DNA of 23,894 bases from the NCBI GenBank assembly GCA_002269645.1, contig NIVC01005169.1:1-23894 (forward strand). The letters are read 5' to 3'. The notes beneath the pieces were generated by a model. It had not been told where the DNA came from. It did no database searches and worked only from the letters and a program-made list of their open reading frames with translations. The stretch is from Macrostomum lignano. Lineage: Eukaryota. How positions within the stretch are numbered: the first letter of the stretch is position 1; each line of letters begins with the position of its first letter. Positions 23,569 through 23,894 of this stretch are shown piece by piece. The translations under genes were made by a program, and so were the position numbers.

Positions 23569-23894
23569 TGTGTCAGGAGCATCAATGGTTTGTGTCAGGA
23601 TCTCGATGTATTGTGGGTCAGGATCTGCATGTGTGTGTCAGAATTTCAATGTATTGTGTATCAGGATCTCGAAATATTGTGTGTCAGGATCTCAAAGCAT
23701 GTATGTCAGGATCTCGAAGCATGTGTGTCAGGATCTCAAAGTATTGTGCGTCAGGATCTCAAAGTATTGTGTGTCAGGATCTCGAAGCATGTGTGTCAGG
23801 ATCTCGTTGTATTGTGTGTCAGAATCCAATGTATTGTGTGTCAGGTCTCAATGTATTGTGTGTCAGAATCTCAATGTATTTTGTGTCAGAATCT
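23569..23894. repeat. ~23-nt diverged minisatellite (TGTGTCAGGATCTCRAWGTATTG), runs off the window end
   Basis: About 14 imperfect tandem copies. Confidence 0.92.

Overview
This is an intron-rich, repeat-rich animal genomic window; gene families and repeat style suggest a free-living flatworm such as Macrostomum, which is inference only. Four spliced genes were reconstructed by hand from GT-AG junctions and phase continuity. (1) 1667-13284 (+): a ~821-aa type II membrane neprilysin/ECE-like M13 protein whose Zn-binding and catalytic motifs are all replaced (HExxH->AQMTK, ENIAD->LAFAT, VNAYY->VYPSY, DxHSP->DSYFP), i.e. an intact pseudo-peptidase. (2) 14208-16201 (+): a secreted 396-aa protein with a PAN/Apple domain and an ALK/LTK-type glycine-rich domain, lacking TM and kinase. 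(3) 16973-19143 (-): a Zasp/PDLIM-type PDZ protein with no LIM domain. (4) 21742-22054 (-): a two-exon 77-aa secreted precursor of an inhibitor-cystine-knot (C-C-CC-C-C) toxin-like peptide, whose spliced form is not shown by the ORF track; this is the top candidate for novel biology. A weaker phase-compatible chain of minus-strand micro-exons (582-4163) may be a fifth gene interleaved with the M13 5' end. Also present are about eleven tandem arrays, two non-autonomous DNA elements with 8-bp TSDs (one with its empty site preserved in a local duplicate) and a tRNA-derived SINE. Most long ORFs in the track are repeat artefacts.
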